DNA from: Candidatus Latescibacterota bacterium | Lineage (GTDB): Bacteria > Latescibacterota > UBA2968 > GCA-2709665 | Assembly: GCA_965205485.1 (NCBI GenBank) | Contig: OZ242180.1 | Coordinates: 3,648,001 to 3,712,000, forward strand | Direction: 5' to 3' | Length of the DNA: 64,000 nucleotides | Shown here: positions 50,441 through 61,752 of the stretch, one piece after another | Numbering within the stretch: position 1 is the stretch's first letter | Layout of the letters: each line of letters opens with the position of its first letter | Position numbers and translations under genes: made by a program | The notes under the pieces: generated by a model | The model's database searches: none | Seen by the model: only the letters and a program-made list of their open reading frames with translations | Told to the model about the DNA's origin: nothing

Positions 50441-51939
50441 TCGACGCGGCCCTGAGCGTACCAGCGATGCGTTTGCTCGTCGTAATAGATCCAGAGGCGC
50501 TCCCCCCGGCGGGTCGTGACGAACCGGTAGTCTCTTCGGACTTCCCGATGCCACCATCCGCCACTGATCGCATGTCCCGGCGGATGCCCCGCGCCCGGCG
50601 TCGGCTTCCGGTTTTTCGCGTGGTAAAGGGAAGCCCCTTCCAGGTGTTCGGGGCAGGCGTGGACGCGCCGCACCAGGGGGCGCAGGGGGACCGGTTGGGG
50701 ATTGGCGACGGCAAGCTTCCCGAAGGGCTGCCACTCGAAACGGGCTTCCGGCAGGTGCCCCGGTTTGAGCCGGGCCGACAGCACGGAATCGGGGCCGAAC
50801 TCGGCGCGGACCCGGGCCAGGGCATCCAGGGCCGCCTCGAGATTGCGGCGTGGGTTCTGCTGCAGCAGGTCCAGTGTTTCGGCGGAGACGTACACGCCCT
50901 CCGCCTCAAGGGCCAGTTCCACCGGGGGAGCGCGGAAAGAGACCGTTTCCAGGTGCAGACGCAGCAAGTCCAGCAGGACCGGCGCCTCCAGCGTCGGCCT
51001 TGCCGGCTGGATGCGCTGGCGATGACGTTCTCCGTCTTCCAGCAGCAGTTGCAGATGCAGGGCCGCCACCGCCTGGCACCTTGCCGCCGTCGCCCGCAAC
51101 AGGGGGTCCAGCCGCCGGCGGATCCAGAAAAGCAGTCTCCGTGCATTGGATTCGGGCTCGTCCAGGTCTATCCGGACGCGGAGGGGTTCGGGGATCTTTC
51201 GGGATTGAATCGGCAGCGACAGCGTACCCGACGCAAAACGGTAGAGGTTCCAGGCCTCCTCGCCGAGGTGGTGCATAATGCCGCCCGCGGGAAGCGCCAG
51301 GAAGTCGCTCACGGTATGGACCGCCAGTTTTTCGAGCCGGTCGCGCAGCTTCGGGTCGATCTGCAGATGCAGCAGCCGCACCATGCGGCTTTCCGTCTGC
51401 TCGACCTCCGGGGAAGGGAACACGATCACCCGGCTTGCCGACCTGGCGACGGCATAGCTGCCGAAACGGCCGAAGCCGACGACGATGCCGGCCTTTAACG
51501 CCAGCCTGGAAAGGCGGGCGTCGATCTGCCTGGCCCAGTCTTCGAGAGAGGTATGGAGCTTGTCGAGCCCGCTGGCATCGACCCAGAAAATCCCGGGCTC
51601 GTCGTTGGAGGGCTCGATCCGGGGGCTGAAACGCTCCAGAAGCCGGTGGACCTGCCGCACCGCGGCCTGAATTTCCCTCTCGGAAACCGTTCCCGCGCAC
51701 AGGTTCCGGTCCAGCGAAAGGGCCGCGGCATAGCGCATACCCGTGCGGATGCCGGCCCGGCCGGCCGCCGGGTTCACCCAGAGGATGGGACTCTGGGGAT
51801 TCTCTTTTTCCACCACGGCGACCGGCTTTCGCTTCCACTCCGGGTGTTTCCTCATCAGGAGTTGCAGCGGCAGCGCGCGGATATTAATGCAGGCCGTCCG
51901 GCCCGCGGCAGATTTCGGTGTGGCGCCAACCCGGTCCAT
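50437..51939 (-). CDS. imuB: ImuB (inactive Y-family polymerase)
   Basis: GIRTGM, FSPRIE, C-terminal SGGWW..RDY; ATGA overlap with dnaE2. Confidence 0.9.
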   Translation of the reverse strand: MDRVGATPKSAAGRTACINIRALPLQLLMRKHPEWKRKPVAVVEKENPQSPILWVNPAAGRAGIRTGMRYAAALSLDRNLCAGTVSEREIQAAVRQVHRLLERFSPRIEPSNDEPGIFWVDASGLDKLHTSLEDWARQIDARLSRLALKAGIVVGFGRFGSYAVARSASRVIVFPSPEVEQTESRMVRLLHLQIDPKLRDRLEKLAVHTVSDFLALPAGGIMHHLGEEAWNLYRFASGTLSLPIQSRKIPEPLRVRIDLDEPESNARRLLFWIRRRLDPLLRATAARCQAVAALHLQLLLEDGERHRQRIQPARPTLEAPVLLDLLRLHLETVSFRAPPVELALEAEGVYVSAETLDLLQQNPRRNLEAALDALARVRAEFGPDSVLSARLKPGHLPEARFEWQPFGKLAVANPQPVPLRPLVRRVHACPEHLEGASLYHAKNRKPTPGAGHPPGHAISGGWWHREVRRDYRFVTTRRGERLWIYYDEQTHRWYAQGRVE

Positions 51940-52585
51940 GGCGTCTGTCCTTCAGAATTTCGATGTCGTACTGGAAGCGGTCGACCCCCATGCGCCGGCA
52001 GGAGGATTGCCCTCGCAGACAGACCATCGGTCCCAGCGAAGGCGTCTCCCTGGATTTTGAGGTCAGGCAGAGCAGGGCGGTGTCGTGGCTCCGCGCCAGG
52101 TGGGCCAGGCGCGCCTGCAGCGGAAACGGAATTGCGGGATCGGCGTGCAGGTCCATCACCATCAGGCCGAAGGCGCCCGACCTCAGGAGCCGGTCCGCCG
52201 AACGCGCCGCGGACTGGGCAGAGGGCACGTGGATGACGACGAGGGCATTCAGGTCCACGCCGTTTTCGACGGCATCGGGGGCGAAGAAGGTATCCGGCGT
52301 GGCCGTGATCCAGGCCACCGGCTCATGCCCGAGCTGCGCGTCCAGCACCAGCCGGAAGGCCGCCGTGAGCAGACCGGCTCCTGAACCGGAAGAGAGTTCG
52401 CAGAGGCGCCCGGCCAACTGCGCCAGCGACCAGCGCGGCGTTTTCGTCCGGGCCCTGATCCTGTTCAGATCGGTCCGGAAGCGCTGTAATCCGCTGTCCT
52501 GCAAGGCTGAAAAGCGTTCTCGTTTAATATTGTCCGATACGCTCCGCACCTGGATGACCTTTCCCGGGGGTGAAAAAGGTTCCAC
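51884..52585 (-). CDS. imuA: ImuA (RecA-like)
   Basis: GRLCELS, LLRSGAFGLMVMD; first gene of the cassette. Confidence 0.85.
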   Translation of the reverse strand: MEPFSPPGKVIQVRSVSDNIKRERFSALQDSGLQRFRTDLNRIRARTKTPRWSLAQLAGRLCELSSGSGAGLLTAAFRLVLDAQLGHEPVAWITATPDTFFAPDAVENGVDLNALVVIHVPSAQSAARSADRLLRSGAFGLMVMDLHADPAIPFPLQARLAHLARSHDTALLCLTSKSRETPSLGPMVCLRGQSSCRRMGVDRFQYDIEILKDRRHGPGWRHTEICRGPDGLH

Positions 52586-52614
52586 ATTCTCCTGAAGAAA
52601 TGTTCACAAACAAA

Positions 52615-52636
52615 AAAACAGACATATGTCTGTTTT
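52615..52636. promoter_or_regulatory. Perfect 22-bp palindrome AAAACAGACATATGTCTGTTTT, candidate LexA box
   Basis: About 30 bp upstream of the imuA start, abutting minus-strand TTGACA (52636-52641). Confidence 0.7.
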
Positions 52637-52837
52637 GTCAAGTGTTTTCTTCCGGCTCTATTTTACCGCGGGTTCCGGGCACAGGGAAAGGCGACGGCGT
52701 CTACCGCAAGAGGCCTTTAGAGATCAAGAAACACGCGGGAGTACCAGAACGCGCCATTGCAGTCCCGGGGCGTGCTCTGTTGACACGGAGATACGACAAG
52801 ACCCCCGCGGATTGCGCCGGGGGTCTCATGTACATAG

Positions 52838-52877
52838 ACAGGTCGCCGGAATCGGGTCTGGGAATCCGGCGACCTGT
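52838..52877. repeat. Inverted repeat acaggtcgccgga..tccggcgacctgt (terminator or REP-like)
   Basis: 13-bp perfect stem; a second hairpin agacccccg..cgggggtct at ~52799-52826. Confidence 0.55.
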
Positions 52878-53061
52878 ATTGAAACGCTTTAACTTCGGCT
52901 TTCTGGCAGACTGAGAACTTTCTGAATTTGTATTGCGGGACCGTCAAATACCGTCCGTCGTCGGCAGGGCGGACGCGTTGTGACGAGGATTCCCTTTCTC
53001 TCGCTGGCTGATTTGCGAGAGACATGCCTGCCGTTATAGGCTGCTCATCCCGCTGCGGTGC

Positions 53062-53391
53062 TTATCCTTTGAGGCGATTCAGCGTCCTCTGCACGAGCAC
53101 GGTGACCACACCGGCAAACAGAGAGACACCGGCCAGGTCGACGATCGCATCCAGTTGCTCGCCGATTCCCGGGATGTTGCCAAGTACGTTGGCCATTCCC
53201 GCGCCGCCGACGGCAAGTGCGAGCACGAGGTAGCCTGTGGCGTCCTCAGCGTCGATCGCAACACCCGCATAGGCGAGACCCAGGATGACCAGCACGAGCG
53301 CAAGAATGCCCTCACCGAGGAAAGCGTCGCCAGCCAGGCCCCCAATGATCGCACCGAGGGCGATGAGACCTACGATAACTCTACCTGCCAT
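53062..53391 (-). CDS. Small integral membrane protein
   Basis: About 4 hydrophobic segments; SD ggaggt. Confidence 0.7.
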   Translation of the reverse strand: MAGRVIVGLIALGAIIGGLAGDAFLGEGILALVLVILGLAYAGVAIDAEDATGYLVLALAVGGAGMANVLGNIPGIGEQLDAIVDLAGVSLFAGVVTVLVQRTLNRLKG

Positions 53392-54023
53392 GTCTACCTC
53401 CCTAAAAAATAGTTACGTGCCGCGGACCGTGGACGATTTCGGCCGCAACGGTTACCGACGGAGCGGCGTGGGCGTCAGGAGTGCCTCCCCGTCACGAACA
53501 TCCTGCAAAAAACCACCTTCAGAATTCAGCGAGTCAGCTATTGTGAACCGGTGGAACCGGTCAATACGATCAGCCTGAGGTGCTTCCGTAAGGTGATTCG
53601 CAAACCGCATCGCGCTTGACTTTATCGTATGGACGCCCGATTAGCGGGTTGCGTGATTCGCGGATGGACCTGATATTTTCGATCCATTCACGTGGAATGA
53701 TTTGACGATTGGCAGGTTGGCCTGCCTTGCTCGAATCAGACTGAAGTGCAGACCGTCGTACTACAATGGATAGTGTCTATAGAATGACGTCTGTCGTATA
53801 TGTGGGGGCGTGGGTTGAAAACCGCGGTACAAATGGACTTACACGTGACCCTAATAAAAGCATTGGCGCAAGCCTTGTCAAGTGAATTTATTTAGCGTCA
53901 TTCAGGCGTCATAATTCCGATTTTCATTGGAATAATTCCTGCCGCTTTTGGGCGCTGTCTCCGCGCCTGGATCGTGCCCTGCCGATCTGACCGTGGTCCG
54001 GGAGAACTCGGGAGTCTGTCATT

Positions 54024-54709
54024 TCACTCCTCCAGCACTGCGAGACACGCCTTCAATCGCGGGTCGTGATCCGCGTATTGTCTCAACCACTCCGCGACCG
54101 TCTTGCCATCGGCCATCGCGGCTTCCGGATCCACTCCGCTTGACAGGAGGAATCGCGTCGTCTCCGCATGTCCGTGACCGGCGGCGCAGTACAGGGGAAA
54201 GTGACCGTTGTCCGAGGTGGCATTGACGTCGGCGCCGTAAGCGACCAGCTTTCTGACGATGTCAAGGTCGCCGTTTCGGCAGGCGTGGTGCAGGGCCGTG
54301 TCGCCGCGCGCGTACCGTTCATGCGCCAACCGCGAATCGGCGCGAAGCATGGCGCCCACCCGCTGGACGTTGGCCAGAAAAACCGAGTAGATGAACTGCC
54401 GGGCGACCTCGCTTCCCGGTTTCGTATGCGCGTCGAGTCCGCCGTAAGCGACCAGCAACGACACGATGTCTTTGTTGTCGGGCACTTCGGCGGCATAGTG
54501 TATCGCGTAACCGTCCTGGGCCGCCAGGTCGGCGCCGCGGTCGATCAGGTACTGAACGACTTCGCGGCGGCGGCGCAGGCCGGCGTGGAAGATGGGGCGC
54601 CAGCCGTACTTGTCGTCCTGGTCGACCGCCCCGGGCGTTCCTCCACAATCTTCTTCAGTGTGTCGAGGTCGCCGGTGCTCGCGGCTTCATGAATGGAACC
54701 GGACTCCAT
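54024..54709 (-). CDS. Ankyrin repeat protein, frameshifted at ~54630
   Basis: MESGSIHEAASTGD.. continues as AVDQDDKYGWRPIFHA..TALHHAC; SD ggagg. Confidence 0.82.
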
Positions 54710-54965
54710 TGTTTTCCTCCGTGCGCGCTTGAGGCGAATCCGGGCCAATCGCCCGCGAGTCAGGGCAATGCGTTGCCGGACATGATGCAAGATAGGGCGT
54801 GTATCGGCGTGGAACAAGGAAAATGCGCCTTATGCGGCCGCAATGCGCCGGAAACGGAGGCGGTTTCTTGACGCCTATATATGGAATAGCTATATTCGCA
54901 CGGTTCGCCTGTCGCGGCCCGACAGCGTATCCCTTCAACACCGTCCAATCAGGAGAGGCCGGTCG

Positions 54966-57047
54966 ATGTTTCCCGAACTCGACGTCCCGGTGAGCGCCGT
55001 GCGCGGCGTGGGCGCGAAACGGGAGGAACTGTTGTGTGAGGTTGGGATATCCACCGTCGCGGACCTCCTTCTCTTTCTCCCGTACCGGTACGTGGACCGT
55101 ACGCGCCAGTCGGCCATCGCCGCGCTGCCGGCAGGCGCGGAGGTCACTGCCGTCGCCTCGGTTCGCGGCGGAAACGTGGTGCCTGGCAGGCGGCCCCGGT
55201 TTGTTCTCGTGCTGGAAGACGAATCGGGAACCCTGGAATGCGTCTGGTTTTCGGGTCACCGATATCTTCGGCGGGCGTTCTCGTCCGGCGACCTGCTTGC
55301 CGTCGGGGGCAGGTTGACCCGGTTTGGCCGCAAGCGGCAGATGGTACACCCCGACGTGGAGGTGATTTCGGATGGCGAAGAGGGAACGCGTGTCCATACC
55401 GGGCGCGTGATCCCCGTCTATTCGACGACTGCGCGGATGAAGGCCGAACGCCTCACCAGCCGCGCACTCCGCCGCGTTATCTACCAGGCGCTGGAGGAAG
55501 TGCGCCTGCCGGAACCGTTGCCGGACCCGATGAGGGACCGGTTCGGGGCGCTCTCGCTCGGCGAAGCCGTGAGAAAACTTCACTTTCCGGACGAAATGGC
55601 GGATGTTGAGGCGGCCAGGCGCAGGCTCGCGTTCGATGAACTGCTTTACTTCCAGCTTCGGCTTCGGTCGTTGCAGGCGTTCCGAAACGAAAAATCGGGG
55701 TCCGTTCTTCCCGCGGCGGGCCCGCTGACCGAAAAAATGCTGGGGACGTTGTCCTTCGAACCCACCGGGGCGCAACGCCGCGCGTTGACCGAGATCGGCG
55801 AGGATATGGCGCGCGCCAGGCCGATGCGCCGCCTGTTGCAGGGCGACGTGGGGTCGGGCAAGACGTTGGTGGCAACGGCGGCCATGCTGTCGGCGGTGGA
55901 TGGCGGCGCCCAGGCGGCGCTGATGGCCCCGACGGAGATTCTGGCGGAACAGCACGCACGGACCATCCGGGCCCTTGCGGCCCCGCTGGGGCTGGTGGTC
56001 GCGCTGCTCACGGGTCGGCAACCTCAACGTGAGCGACGCGAGATCCTTCAAGGGCTGGCCTGGGGTCGCGTCCAGATGGTGGTCGGTACGCACGCGCTCC
56101 TGCACGAGGGCGTGGTTTTTGACAGGCTCGGTCTCGCGGTCGTGGACGAGCAGCATCGGTTCGGGGTCCTGCAGCGGGCCGCACTGCTGGAGAAGGAAGG
56201 CGGCGCCCACCTCCTGGTGATGACGGCCACGCCCATCCCGCGGTCACTGGCCCTGACGCTCTACGGGGACCTGGAGGTTACCGTGCTGGACGAGCTGCCT
56301 CCGGGTCGCCAACCGGTGAAGACGGGATGGCGTGCAGCGGCCGACCGTCAAAAAGCCTATCGTTTTCTGCATGAACAGGTTTCGGCGGGCGGTCAGGCCT
56401 ATATCGTCTTTCCCGTAATCGATGACTCCGGAGCCAGGGACATCAGGGCCGCCGCCACGGCATTCGAGGAATTGCGCAACGGCGCGTTGTCGGGATTGAG
56501 GCTGGGGCTGCTGCACGGCCGCCTCCCTCCCGCCGAGAAGGAGGCGGTGATGGCCGCGTTCCGGAAGGGTTCACTGGATGTACTGGTCTCCACCACGGTG
56601 ATCGAAGTGGGCGTGGACGTTCCCGGCGCGACGGTGATGATGGTCGAAAACGCCGAACGGTTCGGCCTGGCGCAACTCCATCAGCTCAGGGGCCGCGTGG
56701 GCCGCGGCGCCGACGTTTCGTATTGTATCCTGATCGCCGACCCGGATGGTGACCTGTCGCCGGACGCGCGCGCGAGGCTGGACGCCATGACCGCCACCGG
56801 CGACGGTTTCGAAATCGCGGAGATGGACCTGAAGATCCGCGGGCCCGGACAGATCTTCGGCACCCGGCAGGCGGGGTATCCTGAATTTCGTTTCGCCGAC
56901 CTGACCCGTGACGTGGACCTGGTCCGGTCGGCCCGGGAGGAAGCGGCTGAACTTCTCGAAAAGGATCCAGACCTCGAGCGCTACGACGCGTTGCGCCGGC
57001 GCGTCGAATCCGTGAACCTCGATGGGCCGCCCGACCGCGCGGGGTGA
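54966..57047 (+). CDS. recG: ATP-dependent DNA helicase RecG
   Basis: QGDVGSGKT, DEQHRFG, MTATPIPR, QLHQLRGRVGR. Confidence 0.97.
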   Translation: MFPELDVPVSAVRGVGAKREELLCEVGISTVADLLLFLPYRYVDRTRQSAIAALPAGAEVTAVASVRGGNVVPGRRPRFVLVLEDESGTLECVWFSGHRYLRRAFSSGDLLAVGGRLTRFGRKRQMVHPDVEVISDGEEGTRVHTGRVIPVYSTTARMKAERLTSRALRRVIYQALEEVRLPEPLPDPMRDRFGALSLGEAVRKLHFPDEMADVEAARRRLAFDELLYFQLRLRSLQAFRNEKSGSVLPAAGPLTEKMLGTLSFEPTGAQRRALTEIGEDMARARPMRRLLQGDVGSGKTLVATAAMLSAVDGGAQAALMAPTEILAEQHARTIRALAAPLGLVVALLTGRQPQRERREILQGLAWGRVQMVVGTHALLHEGVVFDRLGLAVVDEQHRFGVLQRAALLEKEGGAHLLVMTATPIPRSLALTLYGDLEVTVLDELPPGRQPVKTGWRAAADRQKAYRFLHEQVSAGGQAYIVFPVIDDSGARDIRAAATAFEELRNGALSGLRLGLLHGRLPPAEKEAVMAAFRKGSLDVLVSTTVIEVGVDVPGATVMMVENAERFGLAQLHQLRGRVGRGADVSYCILIADPDGDLSPDARARLDAMTATGDGFEIAEMDLKIRGPGQIFGTRQAGYPEFRFADLTRDVDLVRSAREEAAELLEKDPDLERYDALRRRVESVNLDGPPDRAG

Positions 57048-57157
57048 CGCGGACAGTGTTCGTACTGCGGCGCCGGGCGGTTCATTTGAGGGGGATTGGG
57101 GTTGACACCTTCGGGCTTTTGTGGTACATTCAAAGACTGCTCCCGGTGAGGTTGGCT

Positions 57158-58084
57158 ATGTCCGGAAACGCGCGCCGTATCGCGGTGGTCGGTTCAATCA
57201 ACCGGGATACGATTTGTACGCCCGACGGGACCCGCACGGAAAGCTATGGCGGCATCCTGTACAGTATCGCGGCACTGGACCGGATAGGGTCCGCCACGAT
57301 TTTTCCGGTATGCAACGTGGGGAAAGACGTTGAAGACGCGGTTCGGCGTCTTCTGGGTTCCTGGGCGTCCGTGCAGCTGGATGGCGTCCGGTTCGTACCC
57401 GAACGGAATCCCCACTGTTTTTTAGCCTACGATTCCGGTAACCGGAAGCAGGAAACGCTCCTGGGCGGCGTGCCCGCGCTGGCGATCGAGCGGCTTCGGC
57501 CGTTTCTGGACTGCGATGCGGTCTGCTTCAATTTCATCACAGGGATGGAACTTGAACTGCAGACGATGCGGGCCTTTCGCCGCGAAGCCCGCGGTCTCGT
57601 GCTGATGGACGTACACAGCCTGACGCTGGGAATCGACAACCGCCGCCGCAGGTTTCTTCGCCTTCCGCCCTGCTGGGAGGCGTGGTTGGCCTGTGCCGAT
57701 ATCGTTCAGCTGAACGAGCATGAAGCCGGTCTCCTTGCCGGCGCGTCTCTGCATGGCGCGGGGGCCACCCGCGAATTCGGAGAGAAGGTTCTGGCACTCG
57801 GTCCGGACGTGCTGTTGATTACCCGCGGCGAAGACGGGGCGGATTCCGTTGTCAGAAACCGGCGCGGGGGCGTGGAAATTCAACACTGTCCGGCGCGGCC
57901 CGTGGACGTTCCCGTGGACGAGACCGGGTGCGGCGATGCGTTCCTGATGGGTTTCGCGTGGTCGTTTCTCAATACCGGCAGTGTTCCGGCGGCCGCCAGG
58001 TTCGCCAACCGGGTCGCCGGTGTTACCTGTTGCCTTCGGGGCATCGAGCAGATGGCCCGGATCGGCGACTATCTGAAGCAATGA
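57158..58084 (+). CDS. PfkB family carbohydrate kinase
   Basis: VGSINRD, DETGCGDAF. Confidence 0.9.
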   Translation: MSGNARRIAVVGSINRDTICTPDGTRTESYGGILYSIAALDRIGSATIFPVCNVGKDVEDAVRRLLGSWASVQLDGVRFVPERNPHCFLAYDSGNRKQETLLGGVPALAIERLRPFLDCDAVCFNFITGMELELQTMRAFRREARGLVLMDVHSLTLGIDNRRRRFLRLPPCWEAWLACADIVQLNEHEAGLLAGASLHGAGATREFGEKVLALGPDVLLITRGEDGADSVVRNRRGGVEIQHCPARPVDVPVDETGCGDAFLMGFAWSFLNTGSVPAAARFANRVAGVTCCLRGIEQMARIGDYLKQ

Positions 58085-58156
58085 AAGGTTCGCCCGCCGT
58101 ATTCTTGCGCTCCGGCGGTATTCCGGCGCCAGCCATTTCATCAAGGGGTTTGTTCT

Positions 58157-59158
58157 ATGCAACAATACGATTTCCCTGGTCGGCCCAGTTTCGACCTGTC
58201 CCTCAGCCCGCGGCTGGTCTATTACGGTCTGGGCGTTCTGGTCCTGTTATGGCTGCTCAGCGGAATATATATCGTGCAGCCGGCCGAGCAGGCGGTGGTA
58301 TTGCGGTTCGGCAAGTCCATGGGCGTGGAGGAGCCCGGCATCCACTACCATCTCCCCTGGCCGATCGAGTCGGTGGAAATCGAGCGGGTGAGCGAGGTGA
58401 AGCGGGTGGAGATCGGGTTCAGGACCGTCGCCATTGAGCCGGTGCCGCGCTATCAGACCGTTGCCAGAGAGGCGTCCATGCTCACCGGCGACGAGAATAT
58501 CGTGAACGTCGAACTGATCGTTCAATACCGGATCAGTGACATTGAAGCCTATCTGTTCAATGCCGCCGACCAGGTGCACGCCGTCCGGAGCGTGGTGGAA
58601 GCGGCGCTGCGCCAGGTGCTGGGGCGATCGCCGATCGATGAAGCGCTCACAGAAGGGAAATTCAAGATCCAGGGAGAGATCGAGGAACAGGTCAAAGAGG
58701 TATTCAATCTCTACGATATCGGTCTGCACGTTGAGAACGTGAAGCTGCAGACGGTCTCGGTGCCGCGCGAGGTGGACCACGCGTTCAAGGACGTCGCCAG
58801 CGCCCGGGAAGACCGGGAGCGGCTGCGCAACGAAGCCGAGGCCTATCGGAACGAAGTGATTCCCAGGGCCCGTGGCGAAGCCGAGAAGATGATCCGGGAG
58901 GCGGAGGCGTATACAGTGGAACGCGTCAAGCGATCGCAGGGTGACGCGGAGCGGTTCCTGGAGGTGTTGACCGAGTACAGGAAGGCCAAAGACGTAACCG
59001 AAGTCAGGCTTTATCTGGAAACCATGGAGAAGATCCTGCCGGGTATTCAGAAATACGTGGTGGAGTCCGACGGCAAGGGAAGCGGTTTTCTGAATATGTT
59101 GCAGTTGCAGCCCCGGGCCGCGAGAAGTACTCAACCCGCGACAGCAGGGGGGAACTGA
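58157..59158 (+). CDS. hflK: FtsH modulator HflK
   Basis: MLTGDENIV, PRARGEA, RLYLETME. Confidence 0.95.
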   Translation: MQQYDFPGRPSFDLSLSPRLVYYGLGVLVLLWLLSGIYIVQPAEQAVVLRFGKSMGVEEPGIHYHLPWPIESVEIERVSEVKRVEIGFRTVAIEPVPRYQTVAREASMLTGDENIVNVELIVQYRISDIEAYLFNAADQVHAVRSVVEAALRQVLGRSPIDEALTEGKFKIQGEIEEQVKEVFNLYDIGLHVENVKLQTVSVPREVDHAFKDVASAREDRERLRNEAEAYRNEVIPRARGEAEKMIREAEAYTVERVKRSQGDAERFLEVLTEYRKAKDVTEVRLYLETMEKILPGIQKYVVESDGKGSGFLNMLQLQPRAARSTQPATAGGN

Positions 59159-59160
59159 GG

Positions 59161-60021
59161 ATGAAATCGTTAATCAAGGCTATCGTGGCGGTCGTGCTGG
59201 CGGGTCTCCTCATCGAATCGGTCCTGTTCACGGTGGACGAGCGTGAACAGGTGGTGGTGACCAGGCTGGGAGAACCCAGACGCACCATCAAGAGCCCCGG
59301 CCTGCACTGGAAAGTGCCGTTTGTGGAGCGGCTTCACTCCTTCGACGATCGTCTGCTCTACAGCGACGCGGACCCGGCGCCCATTTACACGCTGGACAAG
59401 AAGAACCTGACCGTCGACAATTTCGCCAGGTGGCGCATTGTCGACCCGCTGAAATTCCTGAAGTCCGTGCAAACGGTTCGCGGCGCCCAGTCCCGGCTGG
59501 ACGATATCATCTACGCGGCGGTCCGCGAGGAGTTGGGCCGGCGGACGCTGGACGAGATCGTCTCCGGGAACCGCAGGGGGATTATGGACAAGGTCACGAC
59601 GCGGTCGCGACAGGACGCCGCGGAACTGGGCGTGGAGGTGGTGGACGTGCGCGTCAAACGCGCTGATCTGCCCGAAGAGAACAAGAAGAACGTATTCGAC
59701 CGGATGAGGGCCGAGCGCGCCCGGCAGGCCAAGGAGTATCGCGCCGAGGGCGAAGAAGCCGCCCTCAAGATCCGCGCGGAGACCGACCTGGAGGTCACGC
59801 GGATCAAGTCCGATGCGTTTCAGAAGTCCCAGCTGATCCGCGGACAGGGGGATGCCGAGGCGTTGGGGATCTATGCGAGTGCATTCCAGAGAGACCCGCG
59901 GTTCTACGAGTTCCAGCGCACCCTCGAAGCCTACGAAAAAACGCTCGGCGAAGGGACCACGGTCGTGCTGCCCCTTCGCACGGACTTCTTCAAATATCTG
60001 GGTAACAGGAAACGGCGATGA
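59161..60021 (+). CDS. hflC: FtsH modulator HflC
   Basis: DKKNL.VDNFARWRI, RMRAER, RTLEAY. Confidence 0.95.
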   Translation: MKSLIKAIVAVVLAGLLIESVLFTVDEREQVVVTRLGEPRRTIKSPGLHWKVPFVERLHSFDDRLLYSDADPAPIYTLDKKNLTVDNFARWRIVDPLKFLKSVQTVRGAQSRLDDIIYAAVREELGRRTLDEIVSGNRRGIMDKVTTRSRQDAAELGVEVVDVRVKRADLPEENKKNVFDRMRAERARQAKEYRAEGEEAALKIRAETDLEVTRIKSDAFQKSQLIRGQGDAEALGIYASAFQRDPRFYEFQRTLEAYEKTLGEGTTVVLPLRTDFFKYLGNRKRR

Positions 60022-60959
60022 ACGCCCGGCGGTTCTGCCCGTTGATCTGGGCGGTCTGCCTGCTCTGCCGGCCGGTTGCGGCCGGGGGCTGGGAGCGACT
60101 CGAACGGGAAGGACTGACGCTTCGGTTTCAGGATATCGATCGAGAGCCGGCGCGGGTGCTGCTGGATGAGCTGATTTCCGCAAGATCTGACGTCGCGCGG
60201 AAGCTGGGCGGCGGGCAGGACGTCCCGATCATCGTCTACGTAGCCGGTTCACAGGCGCTTTTTCAGTCCGTTACCCGCGGGCTCATCCCCCACTGGGGCG
60301 CGGGTTGCGCCTTCCCCGCCGAACGGATCGCGGTGTTGCGCCTGTTGCCGGGGCAGCGCGGACAGGTCCTGAAAACCGCGCGGCACGAGATATCCCATAT
60401 TCTGCTTCACCAGCTGGCGCGCTCGCGCGTTCCACGCTGGTTCGACGAAGGTGTGGCCATGTGGGCCGCGCAGGAATGGCGGCTGCGGGAAAGCTCCGAG
60501 CTCTCCTACGCGATTTTCTCCGGCGGACTGATTCCGCTGGGTGAAATCGATGGGGTGCTCGGTTTTTCTTCTTCAAAAGCGAGCCTTGCGTATACCGAGA
60601 GCCTGCTGGCCGTCCTGTACCTGATCCATCTGGGCGGTCCCGGCACCGTGGCGCAGATCGTCCAGTCGCTCGGCACGGGGGTCTCGTTCGACGTCGCACT
60701 ATATCGGATCACCGGACTCACGCCCGGGAGATTTGAACGCGAGTGGGCTGAATACGCCGAGGGCCGGTTCAGCGTATCGGCCCTGTTGACATCGGCGGGG
60801 GCGCTATGGTTCTATATGACGCTGCTGGTTCTCGGCGTGTTCGTCGCGGTCCGCGTCCGGAACCGTCGGATTATCGAACAATGGGATGAGGAATCTCCTG
60901 AAGACGCATTGCCGCTGCACCTCCGACTCCGCGTGCGTCGATCCGGAGACAGGACGTGA
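60018..60959 (+). CDS. Peptidase MA-like metalloprotease with C-terminal TM
   Basis: HEISH, PRWFDEGVA. Confidence 0.85.
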   Translation: MNARRFCPLIWAVCLLCRPVAAGGWERLEREGLTLRFQDIDREPARVLLDELISARSDVARKLGGGQDVPIIVYVAGSQALFQSVTRGLIPHWGAGCAFPAERIAVLRLLPGQRGQVLKTARHEISHILLHQLARSRVPRWFDEGVAMWAAQEWRLRESSELSYAIFSGGLIPLGEIDGVLGFSSSKASLAYTESLLAVLYLIHLGGPGTVAQIVQSLGTGVSFDVALYRITGLTPGRFEREWAEYAEGRFSVSALLTSAGALWFYMTLLVLGVFVAVRVRNRRIIEQWDEESPEDALPLHLRLRVRRSGDRT

Positions 60960-61552
60960 TCGTTGGGGTAACAGGCGGCATCGGCGCCGGCAAGAGCCGT
61001 GTTTGCGACGTCTTCGCCCGTCAGGGCGGGGTCGTAATCGAGGCGGACGAGGTGGGGCGTGCGGCGGTGGACGCCCCGGCGGTATTGCGGGCGCTGGCAG
61101 AGACGTTCGGCCGCGACATCCTGGATGAAAACGGCGCCATGGTACGCCGTGAACTGGGCCGGCGCGCTTTCGCGTCAAACGAGGCGCGGGACCGCCTGAA
61201 CGCCATCGTTTGGCCCACGCTGGTGGAAAAGCTGAAGGACTGCATCCGGAGCGCGCTCGCACAATATCCCGAACGCCCGGTGGTGATCGATGCGGCCCTG
61301 ATCCTGGAGTGGGGTGAGCATCGTGAACTATGCGACGTTCTGGTGGTAGTCACGGCGCCGGAGACGGTCCGGATCCGGCGGGCGATGGAGCGGAAGGGGC
61401 TGTCGGAGGCGGAAGTCAGGGAACGGATGGCGTGCCAACTGCCGGAGTCCGAAAAGGTTGAGGCCGCGGACTTCGTGATCGAAAACGCCGGGTCCGCGGC
61501 AGAACTGGAATCCGTCGCGCTTTCAGTCTGGCGACTGATTGTCAGACCCTGA
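60956..61552 (+). CDS. coaE: Dephospho-CoA kinase
   Basis: GVTGGIGAGKS, ADFVIEN. Confidence 0.95.
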   Translation: MIVGVTGGIGAGKSRVCDVFARQGGVVIEADEVGRAAVDAPAVLRALAETFGRDILDENGAMVRRELGRRAFASNEARDRLNAIVWPTLVEKLKDCIRSALAQYPERPVVIDAALILEWGEHRELCDVLVVVTAPETVRIRRAMERKGLSEAEVRERMACQLPESEKVEAADFVIENAGSAAELESVALSVWRLIVRP

Positions 61553-61631
61553 CGAAAGAGACTTTAGAGAATTACGCGACCGGTTTCCATTGAATCGGAA
61601 CTGCAAACGACATTCGTTCGAACGACTGAAT

Positions 61632-61659
61632 GACCCCGACGGGATCCTCCATCGGGGTC
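61632..61659. terminator. Hairpin after coaE
   Basis: gaccccga..tcggggtc stem. Confidence 0.5.
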
Positions 61660-61752
61660 TCATCTTTGTCCAGCGGTGTACAGATTGTCATGGATATAAG
61701 AAAACGCTCGTATTGTAACGTCCAAATAAAGAAACGAACGCTTCATAAATAC

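Noticed and set aside
50441..50734. N-terminal extension of DnaE2 in the ORF track (likewise 22089-22478, 30401-30508, 54843-54965)
   Set aside because: Overlaps upstream genes or promoter regions; family similarity begins at downstream ATGs
53400..54020. ncRNA or sigma54 promoter in the long intergenic region
   Set aside because: TTGGCGCAAGCCTTGT lacks the -12 GC, and no recognisable RNA family structure was seen
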